From an uncultured virus (IMG/VR IMGVR_UViG_3300047094_000227) (lineage: Duplodnaviria; Heunggongvirae; Uroviricota; Caudoviricetes; Crassvirales), in the IMG/VR virus record IMGVR_UViG_3300047094_000227, positions 1 to 64,000 of that record: a stretch of 64,000 nt of DNA; one strand, 5' to 3'. The position numbers and the translations under genes are program-made. Below the pieces are notes generated by a model. It was not told the DNA's origin and made no database searches. It saw only the letters and a program-made list of their open reading frames with translations. Below, in pieces: positions 1 through 7,860 of this stretch; position 1 is the first letter of the stretch; each line of letters starts with the position of its first letter.

Positions 1-317
1 AACCTATGACTGTAAAAGGTTATGGATATGAAGATGTTTGTATGGGTACATGGTTAAAAGAGAACCAGATAAAAATCTATGATAAGTTTTTAGATTCAAA
101 TGTTTTACATAGACTATATCTAAATGGCTGGTTTCCCTTTCAAAGATATTTCAATGACCTTTGGAAAGAAGGAGATAGTTATGTACCTAAGATGCTAGCT
201 GATCTTACAGAAGAAGATGTTACATTTTTATGTAAACATGTAACACATCATTATATAAGACATAAAAGCTTTATGAAATATTTACACACTCTTCTAAATG
301 AAAAAAGCCCCAAATAG
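1..317 (+). CDS. C-terminal part of a probable GT-A glycosyltransferase (GT31/galactosyltransferase-like), probably truncated by the window edge
   Basis: Frame is open upstream of the ATG at 6. Contains YEDVCMGTWL, resembling the EDVxxGxW motif of GT31 enzymes. Confidence 0.45.
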   Translation, partial: PMTVKGYGYEDVCMGTWLKENQIKIYDKFLDSNVLHRLYLNGWFPFQRYFNDLWKEGDSYVPKMLADLTEEDVTFLCKHVTHHYIRHKSFMKYLHTLLNEKSPK

Positions 318-330
318 GGGCTTTTCTTTT
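301..330. terminator. Bidirectional intrinsic terminator
   Basis: AAAAAAGCCCC-AAATA-GGGGCTTTTCTTTT hairpin with A and T tails between convergent genes. Confidence 0.85.
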
Positions 331-332
331 AC

Positions 333-446
333 TCCCATAAGGAGCAGACTTATAATACTGAGACTATAAGGGGGAAATTTATGACTTCTTTAAGGGGCCC
401 TGTCTAGAATGGGTTACCACAACCTGAGCGTGCAGTTCTTATGGGA
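333..446. ncRNA. Candidate structured non-coding RNA or structured 3' UTR
   Basis: Terminal inverted repeat TCCCATAAG (333-341) / CTTATGGGA (438-446) encloses internal hairpins CTTATA..TATAAG (349-370) and GGTT..AACC (412-424). GC-richer than other intergenic DNA. Confidence 0.3.
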
Positions 447-463
447 TGCAGGAGAAGTACTCT

Positions 464-622
464 TTATTTTGAAAGCCTCTTCTGCTTCATAGGAAGCATA
501 GGACTCTTTCTTTGTAACTTTGTATCAGACTCCTTCATATAATTACCATTGATTGGTTTAGGAGCTGGTACCTTTGGTGCCTTACGAGGTGCACCTGATT
601 TCTTTGCTTTACCAGCAGTCAT
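464..622 (-). CDS. Small basic protein, 52 aa (MTAGKAKKSGAPRKAPK...)
   Basis: ATG at 622 lies just after the upstream stop at 624-626, so it is preferred over the track start at 664. Lys/Pro-rich. Confidence 0.7.
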   Translation of the reverse strand: MTAGKAKKSGAPRKAPKVPAPKPINGNYMKESDTKLQRKSPMLPMKQKRLSK

Positions 623-623
623 G

Positions 624-851
624 TTACTTGCAGCCATATTTGCATTTTTGCATAGATCCACCATTTTTCATTTTGGTAGCACCTAATTCTTTATCTTTTT
701 TCAAAACAGCTTTACCTTTAGCTTTAGCTAGTGTTTTCTCTTGAACCTTTGTCCAAGCACCTTTAGGATCTACAGGACCAACACGCTTTGTGCTAGCTTT
801 TAATCCAGATAAACTACCGTTACCCTTGCTTGATTTCTTTGCAGTTGCCAT
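624..851 (-). CDS. Small basic protein, 75 aa (MATAKK...)
   Basis: ORF track; tightly packed; Lys-rich; KMKNGG motif. Confidence 0.8.
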   Translation of the reverse strand: MATAKKSSKGNGSLSGLKASTKRVGPVDPKGAWTKVQEKTLAKAKGKAVLKKDKELGATKMKNGGSMQKCKYGCK

Positions 852-853
852 AA

Positions 854-1021
854 TTATTTCTTTTTAATAGATTTAACAATCTTCTTTGCTACAACAGCCT
901 TAGCTGCTTTCTTAATCATAGCACCCTTTTTAGCGATAACACCACGACCTTTAAGAATATCAGCTTTAGTAACCTTACCGTCCTTGTTTAAGTCAGGAAA
1001 ACTTTTTTTTGCAGTTGCCAT
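854..1021 (-). CDS. Small basic protein, 55 aa, with an EF-hand/dockerin-like loop (not in ORF track)
   Basis: Manual translation: MATAKKSFPDLNKDGKVTKADILKGRGVIAKKGAMIKKAAKAVVAKKIVKSIKKK*. DxNxDGxV loop; fills the gap between neighbours. Confidence 0.8.
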   Translation of the reverse strand: MATAKKSFPDLNKDGKVTKADILKGRGVIAKKGAMIKKAAKAVVAKKIVKSIKKK

Positions 1022-1026
1022 TTTAT

Positions 1027-1449
1027 TTATTTTTTAGATTTTGCTTTAATTTTTTTCTCTTGCTTTAACATAGCAGCTGTAGGTTTTTTACCTGAGCCTT
1101 TGTTAGCACGAATGTTATCCCATAAACCTCTTTTAGAATATGAACCATCAGCACGTTTAATCATACCGCCTCCTTCCATTTTCTTTTTAGGAGCTGCTTT
1201 TGCTTTCTTTATTTGAGCTTCTGAGAAGTTAGAAATCGCTTCTTTGAAAGGATTGTTTTTAATAGCAGGATTCTTTTTAGGAGCATATTTACCTTTACCA
1301 GCTTGTCTGTCTAAAGCATCAGCCATATCAGATTGATGCTTATCCATATCTTCTTTCTTGTATAGTCTATTAGTCATTTCACCACGGACATATCCTTTAG
1401 GGACATCTTTACCATATTGAGCTTTCGCTACTTTTTTTACTGTTGCCAT
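1027..1449 (-). CDS. Basic protein, 140 aa (MATVKK...)
   Basis: ORF track; Lys-rich; KAQYG and KMEGGG motifs; GLWDNIR segment. Confidence 0.8.
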   Translation of the reverse strand: MATVKKVAKAQYGKDVPKGYVRGEMTNRLYKKEDMDKHQSDMADALDRQAGKGKYAPKKNPAIKNNPFKEAISNFSEAQIKKAKAAPKKKMEGGGMIKRADGSYSKRGLWDNIRANKGSGKKPTAAMLKQEKKIKAKSKK

Positions 1450-1461
1450 AATATTATTGTT

Positions 1462-1809
1462 TTAACAATTCCATTTTCTTAATGCTAATGTTTTCCTTGT
1501 TGGTTCACCATTAGGTTTTTTTGCAGGTCCTTTAACTCCTGACATTCTAGCACAGAAAGACTTACGTCTATTCGCAGCTTTACTTCCTTTCTTCAGTTTA
1601 GAAGGAGGAGTGGTAACTGCCATCTTTAATTTGCTGCCAGGATTAGCACGTCTATAAGAGGCTACACCTTTTTTATTAAGACCACCTTTTGGATCTTTTC
1701 CCTCAGAACGAGTCCAAGCAGGTGTAGATCCGCCATTCTTTAATGATGTACCATCTTTTTTAATTAGATGACCATTAGGTACAGGAGTAGGTTTTTTGAC
1801 AGTTGCCAT
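1462..1809 (-). CDS. Basic phage protein, DUF6321-like
   Basis: PAWTRSEGKDPKGGLN...RRKSFCARM...ALRKWNC resembles a widespread environmental-phage family (recalled, not searched). Confidence 0.7.
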   Translation of the reverse strand: MATVKKPTPVPNGHLIKKDGTSLKNGGSTPAWTRSEGKDPKGGLNKKGVASYRRANPGSKLKMAVTTPPSKLKKGSKAANRRKSFCARMSGVKGPAKKPNGEPTRKTLALRKWNC

Positions 1810-1955
1810 TATTTACGTTTTTTAGCCATTGCTTTAAATGTCTTAGCTAATGCTTTCCTTTTAGGAGTGCACGTAGCTTTGGTCATAGGTGTGCAATAAC
1901 CTTTGTGTTTAGGGTTAACAGCATCTTGTATCCAATTTTTCTTAGCAGTGGCCAT
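1809..1955 (-). CDS. Small basic protein, 48 aa (not in ORF track)
   Basis: Manual translation: MATAKKNWIQDAVNPKHKGYCTPMTKATCTPKRKALAKTFKAMAKKRK*. TAATG stop/start overlap with the next gene. Confidence 0.8.
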   Translation of the reverse strand: MATAKKNWIQDAVNPKHKGYCTPMTKATCTPKRKALAKTFKAMAKKRK

Positions 1956-1965
1956 AATATATTTT

Positions 1966-2241
1966 TTATAAACTTGATTTAGGAACTTCAGGAGCTTCTA
2001 CAATAATGCCAATTTCAACATTTCTTGCTAAAATAGCTTCTACTTTATCTGCAGTTTCTGCAGCTAAGAACAATGCTTGTGCTTCTTGAGTTGATGTAAC
2101 ACCACGTAAAGCATTTAAAATTGCACCAAACTCTGCACCAGAAACTACAATGCTAACATCACCAGGCCATGTATATTTCTTATTAGGATCAAATTTTGGA
2201 GCTTCTTGTCCAACTTCTTGAATTTCAATTTCTTCTGACAT
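1966..2241 (-). CDS. Hypothetical acidic protein, 91 aa
   Basis: ORF track; operon packing; AT-rich leader. Confidence 0.75.
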   Translation of the reverse strand: MSEEIEIQEVGQEAPKFDPNKKYTWPGDVSIVVSGAEFGAILNALRGVTSTQEAQALFLAAETADKVEAILARNVEIGIIVEAPEVPKSSL

Positions 2242-2265
2242 AACTTTATTTTTTTGGTTTAATAG

Positions 2266-2296
2266 CGAAGATATATATTTATTAGGAATCTTCCAA
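2266..2296 (-). promoter_or_regulatory. Bacteroidota-type sigma promoter (variant -7 TATCTTCG)
   Basis: TTG at 2296-2294, then 20 nt, then TATCTTCG at 2273-2266, upstream of the ATG at 2241. Confidence 0.5.
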
Positions 2297-2572
2297 ATTT
2301 ATTTCAAATGTAATAGTAGATGAATTTTTAATACTTTTAGATAACTCTAGTCTGATTTTAAACATATTATGAAACTTCAATAGCTCCTGTAAAAGAGACT
2401 CAGTGTATTTTGGTACACTAGGAGCCAATCTAAAATGATAGGAGCGAGGATTTTTAACTATCTCCAAAGTAGATAGTTCATCTATTGAGTCAATTATTCC
2501 CTCTAGGTGAGCAAAATAAATCATTTCATTATCTTGCATCACCTTAGGGAAGTATTTTTTGTTTATCTGCAT
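2282..2572 (-). CDS. Hypothetical protein, 96 aa
   Basis: ORF track; TAATG coupling to the upstream gene. Confidence 0.75.
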   Translation of the reverse strand: MQINKKYFPKVMQDNEMIYFAHLEGIIDSIDELSTLEIVKNPRSYHFRLAPSVPKYTESLLQELLKFHNMFKIRLELSKSIKNSSTITFEINLEDS

Positions 2573-2976
2573 TAAGACAGAGTTAATAGATATTTTGTTT
2601 TAGCTGCTTCACCGCTTAATGCATCAGCTAAATTAGCTATATCATGATAGCTATTTGATTCAGCATAGCTTTTTAATGAAGATGCAAAAGATAAAAGATT
2701 TGAAACACACTCGTTTCCTGTACAATTTGTAAGAGGTTCTATCTTGTATGGAGCAGGTCTTTTACCTGTGTAGCCCATAAGCTTCTCAATAACACCATCT
2801 TTGAAATCATGTACATAATCATACAATCCTCCTAAAGCTTGGTGTTCAGCATAACTCTTTGTTTGCCAATGAGTTAAATGTAGTTGCTCATGAAAATACG
2901 TAAGCTTTCCAGCTATTGTTTCCAAGTTTAATTCTCCTGATTTCATCATCTCATCAGGGAACAATGATTTTGCCAT
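2572..2976 (-). CDS. Ferritin/Dps-like four-helix protein (DUF5856-like)
   Basis: HLTHWQTKSYAEHQALGGLY...D..IE...KTKYLL pattern typical of phage Dps-like proteins. Confidence 0.7.
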   Translation of the reverse strand: MAKSLFPDEMMKSGELNLETIAGKLTYFHEQLHLTHWQTKSYAEHQALGGLYDYVHDFKDGVIEKLMGYTGKRPAPYKIEPLTNCTGNECVSNLLSFASSLKSYAESNSYHDIANLADALSGEAAKTKYLLTLS

Positions 2977-2991
2977 GTTGTTTGGTTTTTA

Positions 2992-3183
2992 CTATTCTGG
3001 AATAGCTGTAGTAGTTGTACTAGTTGTACTAGTTGTAGGCACATACTCACAACATTCTGTTATAGCGATTTCATGCCATCTTCCAACTGTAGGTTTCTTT
3101 CTTCTAAAGATAAGACTACCTGCAACTACTCTACCACTACCATCATAGCGGACGTAAGCTTTTAAATTTTGATTGCTTCCCAT
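2992..3183 (-). CDS. Small protein with C-terminal poly-Thr tail
   Basis: 63 aa ending CCEYVPTTSTTSTTTTAIPE. Confidence 0.8.
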   Translation of the reverse strand: MGSNQNLKAYVRYDGSGRVVAGSLIFRRKKPTVGRWHEIAITECCEYVPTTSTTSTTTTAIPE

Positions 3184-3202
3184 AATTTTGTTTTTAATTA
3201 GG

Positions 3203-4219
3203 TTAATAGTTAAGGTTATATTTGTTTTTTAATTCTAATAGTTTTTTAACATAGTAATATGTACCATGTTTTTTAGACTCATCACTAGTATGCACTACAT
3301 ACATGTGACTATCACTGAAAGGATCTTTACCTGTGTGGTATGTTCCTTTATAGAACGCAGGGTAGCCATACATTGTTTTAGCTGTCACTCCTGCATTATG
3401 AAAGAGTCCTAGTTTCTCCACCTTTTCAATTGGGTCTGTTGCCCAAGAGAAATCCATCTCAGGGATGTTTTTAGTTTCTTGGTCTCTTAACCAAAGGTTC
3501 CATAACACGGCCCACATATCTGCACACCAGCTTTGAAATCCTTTATCTTCACTACCAAAGAACTCTTTGTTTATATGTTGAAGATAGCTACGAATAACAA
3601 TACAGTCATTCATCACCTTCTTCCAGAAGGTAGCATCCACATTCTTTAAGAAGTATTGAGCTCCTCCTGAATGTTCATTGTTAGCTTCAGCTATTTCTCT
3701 ATTGATTCCTATTAAGCTTGTAAGCTCAGCTAGGACATCTCTATTTTTGTATTCTTCCAGTTTAGCAGGAAGAACATCTTTTATTTTACTATCAAAGTAT
3801 GAAGCATTTATGTAGCTGTTTGTGTCAGACAAGTAGCAGACTTCATCGTCTCTATACTTCTCTACATCAAATTTATCTGTAAACAGAATATCACAGTCAC
3901 AGTAGAACACTGCTTTGCTTATCATCTCAGGGTGTTCCTGAAAGTATCTCATCAAGACATATGGACGTAAAACAGGAATATAAACTCCTAAGTATTTACT
4001 TACATCTCCTGTGTCTTTATAGAAAGCAAACTCTGCTTCTGGATACAGATCAACTATTTTTTGCCATTTATCACTTTTTTCTCTAAAGCTAGGAGTGTAT
4101 ATTAACACAATTGCTTTGTCCAAGTGCCCAATTTCTTTTAAACTTTCTAACCAGGCATGTACTTGCCAAGTATAGTAGGTATCATCTGGCTGAGCACAGA
4201 TAAACTTTAAATCCTTCAT
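3203..4219 (-). CDS. GT-A glycosyltransferase resembling peptidyl O-glycosyltransferases (HPAT / serine galactosyltransferase-like)
   Basis: N-terminal YYTWQ, DxD motif (YCDCDILF) and WCADMWA, resembling the YxxWQ, DxD and WxxEMY motifs of plant HPAT/SGT enzymes. Confidence 0.6.
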   Translation of the reverse strand: MKDLKFICAQPDDTYYTWQVHAWLESLKEIGHLDKAIVLIYTPSFREKSDKWQKIVDLYPEAEFAFYKDTGDVSKYLGVYIPVLRPYVLMRYFQEHPEMISKAVFYCDCDILFTDKFDVEKYRDDEVCYLSDTNSYINASYFDSKIKDVLPAKLEEYKNRDVLAELTSLIGINREIAEANNEHSGGAQYFLKNVDATFWKKVMNDCIVIRSYLQHINKEFFGSEDKGFQSWCADMWAVLWNLWLRDQETKNIPEMDFSWATDPIEKVEKLGLFHNAGVTAKTMYGYPAFYKGTYHTGKDPFSDSHMYVVHTSDESKKHGTYYYVKKLLELKNKYNLNY

Positions 4220-4246
4220 ATGTAGTTATTGTTGGTTTTCTATTTA

Positions 4247-4402
4247 TTAAGGAGTTGCTGTAGTGGTAGTTGTGGTAGTTAAGCCTGCAGTGTTTTTAAC
4301 TACAGCTCCTACTTGTCCAATCAACTGCTCCATTTGTTTTGATATAGCCCACAATTGTTGTGAAACTGGATCTTGCCCTATGGGCCTTGCTGGTATTGCC
4401 AT
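4247..4402 (-). CDS. Small protein, 51 aa, with C-terminal poly-Thr tail (not in ORF track)
   Basis: Manual translation: [51 protein letters not shown]. Promoter motif immediately upstream. Confidence 0.8.
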   Translation of the reverse strand: MAIPARPIGQDPVSQQLWAISKQMEQLIGQVGAVVKNTAGLTTTTTTTATP

Positions 4403-4421
4403 GTTATAAAAAATTAATTTT

Positions 4422-4451
4422 CAAAGATATGTTGTTTTTTACTATAACCAA
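4422..4451 (-). promoter_or_regulatory. Bacteroidota-type sigma promoter
   Basis: TTG (4451-4449), 19 nt, TATCTTTG (4429-4422). Confidence 0.65.
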
Positions 4452-4550
4452 TGAGGTTTATGAAATTGGTATAACCAAATCAATTAACTCAACTCTAATC
4501 AAGTTAGTTATAGATTTTAGTTTAGAAATGTTTGTATATTGGTAGTAATA

Positions 4551-4679
4551 CTACTTACCTTGACCTTTATATTTCTTTACTGGTTTGTCTTTTGGACCTT
4601 GTGATTTAGCAGCTTTGCCACCTTTACGTTTTCCAAAAGTTACTTTTTGTGAGGATGATCCTCCTTTAGCCTTTGCCAT
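4551..4679 (-). CDS. Small basic protein, 42 aa, ending KKYKGQGK
   Basis: Internal ATG at 4679 (MAKAKGG) avoids overlap with the upstream gene. C-terminus resembles the KxYRGQG small phage proteins. Confidence 0.7.
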   Translation of the reverse strand: MAKAKGGSSSQKVTFGKRKGGKAAKSQGPKDKPVKKYKGQGK

Positions 4680-4687
4680 GTTGATTT

Positions 4688-5077
4688 TTATCTTTTTATA
4701 GTGAAGAATTGTAATACTATAACACCAATCAGTACCATTTTTTGAGCAAACTCCCACCCACTATTATCTTTAGCAATAGGTATACGCATATTTAACCTTT
4801 CATCATATCTTGCTCTGTACTGATTTGTAACTGCATGCAAGCTATCGTATGTTATTTTGTCTTTGCTTATAATGCTATCTTTTATATAAACATACGTCTT
4901 CAACGAATCAATTGTAGTTTGATTAGACTGAAACTTATCATTTATAGTGTTTGCCTGTTTCAAGGTCATAACTACAACAGAATCATTTCCTATTTTCTTA
5001 ACGATTGGATACTGGCAATAACCTAAATTTGACACCAGTGTCACTAAGATTACTATCAAGTTTACTTTTAACATCAT
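4688..5077 (-). CDS. Membrane/secreted protein of the lysis region (spanin candidate)
   Basis: N-terminal hydrophobic signal, central coiled-coil-like region, C-terminal TM segment; overlaps the upstream lipoprotein gene by 80 nt. Confidence 0.55.
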   Translation of the reverse strand: MMLKVNLIVILVTLVSNLGYCQYPIVKKIGNDSVVVMTLKQANTINDKFQSNQTTIDSLKTYVYIKDSIISKDKITYDSLHAVTNQYRARYDERLNMRIPIAKDNSGWEFAQKMVLIGVIVLQFFTIKR

Positions 5078-5327
5078 TTAATTCAGATTTTAATGAACTA
5101 ACCTCTGCTTTTAACGATACTATTTGGTTAACTGCTTGGTTTACTATTTTTGTTTGTGCTTTGGTAGCACCTTCTTGTACAGCTGCACCAGCCTTATTGT
5201 TTTCTGAAACTTTGTTAAGTAGAAGTTCAAATTCCTTATCTTCCTTAGCTGTTCCATCAACTTGCTGAGCTGTACCAATTTGACATCCATATGCAAATAA
5301 TACTAATATATATAATATATTTTTCAT
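4998..5327 (-). CDS. Predicted lipoprotein with coiled coil (spanin candidate)
   Basis: Start at 5327 gives MKNILYILVLFAYGC (lipobox-like); heptad pattern IVSLKAEVSSLKSELNDVKSKL. Confidence 0.6.
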   Translation of the reverse strand: MKNILYILVLFAYGCQIGTAQQVDGTAKEDKEFELLLNKVSENNKAGAAVQEGATKAQTKIVNQAVNQIVSLKAEVSSLKSELNDVKSKLDSNLSDTGVKFRLLPVSNR

Positions 5328-5328
5328 A

Positions 5329-5631
5329 TTATTTAAGTTTTTTGATTGCACCTAATTGTTGTAGAGTTTGTAACTGAGTGGTAGTCACAGCTTTAGTACT
5401 GTCACTAACTCTTAATGCTTCTTGCACCTTATCTAATCTAGTTTCTACCTTTTCAATACGTACATTCTGAGAAGTTGCCTGCTCTTTAAATGTTGTACGA
5501 ACATCTATGTATAGATATGAAATAGCAATGAGCACCAAGAAAAGGGTGCCCACTATTGGGTTTTTAGCAAACTCTTTAAACGATATAGGTAAAGGATTTG
5601 CTGATACATTTAAGTCTTTTTTCGCTGCCAT
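5329..5631 (-). CDS. Single-TM coiled-coil protein (i-spanin/holin candidate)
   Basis: TM segment IVGTLFLVLIAISYLYI followed by a coiled coil; directly downstream of the endolysin. Confidence 0.6.
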   Translation of the reverse strand: MAAKKDLNVSANPLPISFKEFAKNPIVGTLFLVLIAISYLYIDVRTTFKEQATSQNVRIEKVETRLDKVQEALRVSDSTKAVTTTQLQTLQQLGAIKKLK

Positions 5632-6236
5632 TATATGCTTCCGTTTAATAAGTTATTATATTCATTGAAATGTTTGATACGATCTGGTAGACCAATTGTT
5701 CCACCATTAACACGCTTGGTCACCTTGGTTACTACAGCATCTGTAGCCCCCTCATCAGCAATCTTATGTAATCCATTCTTATGGAAGAACCAAGCTGCAG
5801 ATAAAAGTGGGTACTTTGTAGCTACAAGATCAGGAGTGGCAACAATATCATCTTCTACTGACTTATCAAAAGCTGTGTAGTTATCTTTACCAGTCAACTG
5901 GATATATCCACGACCTCTAAATTTCCAACCTTCACCACTAGCTTGAGGACCATTACCCATGCGATTAGCATAAACAATATTAGCAATCTTTTCAGGCTTG
6001 CGTTCATACTCTTTAGCACTCACAGGAGTAAAGTATTTTTTAAAGATGCTCTGTAAACCAGCAGCACCGTAGTTTAAGTTCTCTGAAACAGCTTTAAAGC
6101 CACCAGATTCATGTCCACATTGAGCCAAGAAATGAGCTAAACGTAAAGGAGTATTGATCTCAAACTTCTCTTGTACAGCAGGGATTTGAGCAATCACTGT
6201 GTCAGGAATGTGTCCTTTTAATTTATCTAAATTCAT
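5631..6236 (-). CDS. Endolysin, glycoside hydrolase family 19 (chitinase/lysozyme-like)
   Basis: LAHFLAQCGHESGGF, FRGRGYIQLTGKDNY, SAAWFF and VNGGTIGLPDR motifs. Confidence 0.93.
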   Translation of the reverse strand: MNLDKLKGHIPDTVIAQIPAVQEKFEINTPLRLAHFLAQCGHESGGFKAVSENLNYGAAGLQSIFKKYFTPVSAKEYERKPEKIANIVYANRMGNGPQASGEGWKFRGRGYIQLTGKDNYTAFDKSVEDDIVATPDLVATKYPLLSAAWFFHKNGLHKIADEGATDAVVTKVTKRVNGGTIGLPDRIKHFNEYNNLLNGSI

Positions 6237-6394
6237 TTTTTCTTTTTCTTTTTATAGTTAACTTTTTCTATTTTCTCTTCAGAACCATTAACTACAGACT
6301 TAACTTCTTTCTCTAAGCTTTTGATAGTTAATAGTTTTTTAGCAAAAGAGCCTTCACCAAAAAGGCTTTTGACAAGTTCAATAATTTTTTTCAT
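6233..6394 (-). CDS. Small protein, 53 aa, with amphipathic N-terminus and poly-Lys tail (not in ORF track)
   Basis: Manual translation: MKKIIELVKSLFGEGSFAKK...NYKKKKKK*. ATGA overlap with the endolysin start. Confidence 0.7.
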   Translation of the reverse strand: MKKIIELVKSLFGEGSFAKKLLTIKSLEKEVKSVVNGSEEKIEKVNYKKKKKK

Positions 6395-6399
6395 GTGTT

Positions 6400-6999
6400 T
6401 TATTTAATTTTCCAATATGATTGAAAACCATATATAACTTGACTATTATTGTTGATTCCAATATTTAATCCAAATATTTTATCTTTTTTAGATTTATACA
6501 ATAGCCCTCCTTGTAAAATATTCAAACTATTCCTATCACTTGCAATACCCCCCCCTATAAATAGAGCACCTTTATTAGGAGCATACTTAGTAATGGTGGT
6601 TGTTACAGTGACTGTAGGAACCTTATAGTTGTATTTATAAGATCTATTTAGTAATTCATTTTTATACACTGTATCAGCTACAGCTACATAACCTAATGTA
6701 TCCAACTTCACTGTGTCAGCATAAACATTCTTAGCTAAGAACGCTGATACCAATGCTTCATACTGAAGCTTAAGAATTGGATAATTTGTGTCTGCTATAT
6801 ATTCTGGAGGAGTGGCAATAGTGTCATGTATTGTCTCTTTAATCTTTATCTTCTTAACAATCAATGAATCATGAACCTGCCAAGTAGTGTCATGTACAGT
6901 TACTATTTCAGACTTTTTGTCTATGTAAGTGCACCCATCATTTTGAAAAAATATAAATGCTAGTAAAACAACAATTACAACACTAAGTAGTTTATTCAT
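6400..6999 (-). CDS. N-terminally anchored protein with beta-rich C-terminus ending YWKIK (lysis region, spanin-like candidate)
   Basis: Start at 6999 (MNKLLSVVIVVLLAFIFF); repeated VHDT/IHDT; amphipathic C-terminal strands. Confidence 0.65.
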   Translation of the reverse strand: MNKLLSVVIVVLLAFIFFQNDGCTYIDKKSEIVTVHDTTWQVHDSLIVKKIKIKETIHDTIATPPEYIADTNYPILKLQYEALVSAFLAKNVYADTVKLDTLGYVAVADTVYKNELLNRSYKYNYKVPTVTVTTTITKYAPNKGALFIGGGIASDRNSLNILQGGLLYKSKKDKIFGLNIGINNNSQVIYGFQSYWKIK

Positions 7000-7243
7000 T
7001 ATCTTCAGTTTGGTTTTTCTTATTGATAAACTTGTCAACAGAAGCAATACCAAAACAAGCTATAGTCAAGATTTTAAATGAGTCATATATGAACTCATTA
7101 ACTAACAACGGTTTATTCATAGCCCCTGTAACAATATCTGTCAAAGCAAATACTATCATGATTACAAAAGAAGCAAAGCCAATTACAGCCTTCTCATTGA
7201 TTGAGTTGCTGTCATCAAATAAATCAGAAAAGAATTTCTTCAT
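6992..7243 (-). CDS. Holin candidate with two TM segments
   Basis: Start at 7243 (MKKFFSDLF); two hydrophobic segments; charged C-terminus; upstream of the endolysin. Confidence 0.6.
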   Translation of the reverse strand: MKKFFSDLFDDSNSINEKAVIGFASFVIMIVFALTDIVTGAMNKPLLVNEFIYDSFKILTIACFGIASVDKFINKKNQTEDNE

Positions 7244-7529
7244 ATTTTTTATTTTTAATTGTTTTTTTGTTAGGTAGAATAGCATAGCTTTCCATTTCTA
7301 AGTCTGTACTAGGTAAATCAAAGGGAAGAGATGCTGTTTTATTATAAACTACTCTTTCTAAATTATCAATACGTGTCTTGTCTATATTAGACTGAGCCAT
7401 TAGTAACTTTACATCAGACTTGATTTCATTAACATCATTCCAGATTAGAAGACTAACTATTGATACTAAGCTTGGAAATATCCAAACTTTAAATGTTGCA
7501 ATAGAAGAATTTTCTTGTTTTGTTGTCAT
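7224..7529 (-). CDS. Single-TM protein with short coiled coil
   Basis: VWIFPSLVSIVSLLIW followed by EIKSDVK..RIDNLE. Confidence 0.7.
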   Translation of the reverse strand: MTTKQENSSIATFKVWIFPSLVSIVSLLIWNDVNEIKSDVKLLMAQSNIDKTRIDNLERVVYNKTASLPFDLPSTDLEMESYAILPNKKTIKNKKYEEILF

Positions 7530-7605
7530 TTTTTAAAAATAGAAAATAGAATGCCTGTCCCCCTATTTGGGAGAAGATCATTCTATGTAGTTTATAAATA
7601 AAATT

Positions 7606-7812
7606 TTATTTCTTCAATCCGTACTTAATCCACTTGTACCAGAAACGTTCGTGAAGATAGTATTGAACAGGCTTGTAGATAAGCTCAGCTACCCCAAAGG
7701 CAGCCCCCACCTTGATAGAATCACTGATCCACCACATTATTAGGAAACCTATTAAGGTGCTGATTATTCTATAGCTAATAGTCTTAGCTATGTGTCTCTT
7801 TACCAATGGCAT
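7606..7812 (-). CDS. DUF2061-like small membrane protein
   Basis: RHIAKTISYRIIST...YYLHERFW signature. Likely start at ATG 7812. Confidence 0.8.
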   Translation of the reverse strand: MPLVKRHIAKTISYRIISTLIGFLIMWWISDSIKVGAAFGVAELIYKPVQYYLHERFWYKWIKYGLKK

Positions 7813-7821
7813 ATGTATGAG

Positions 7822-7852
7822 CAAAACTATGTAAAAGATTTGATATAACCAA
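7822..7852 (-). promoter_or_regulatory. Bacteroidota-type promoter overlapped by an inverted repeat
   Basis: TTG (7852-7850), 20 nt, TAGTTTTG (7829-7822). Inverted repeat AAAAGATTTG/CAAATCTTTT at 7833-7859. Confidence 0.55.
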
Positions 7853-7860
7853 ATCTTTTT

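Noticed and set aside
358..395. CTGAGA...GAAA as a hammerhead ribozyme core
   Set aside because: Stem II and the flanking stems do not pair convincingly.
4360..4545. Plus-strand 61-aa ORF
   Set aside because: It overlaps a better minus-strand ORF (4247-4402) and that ORF's promoter motif.
7546..7587. Imperfect hairpin ATAGAATG...CATTCTAT upstream of the lysis cassette
   Set aside because: The interior pairs poorly and there is no clean terminator form; too weak to call.
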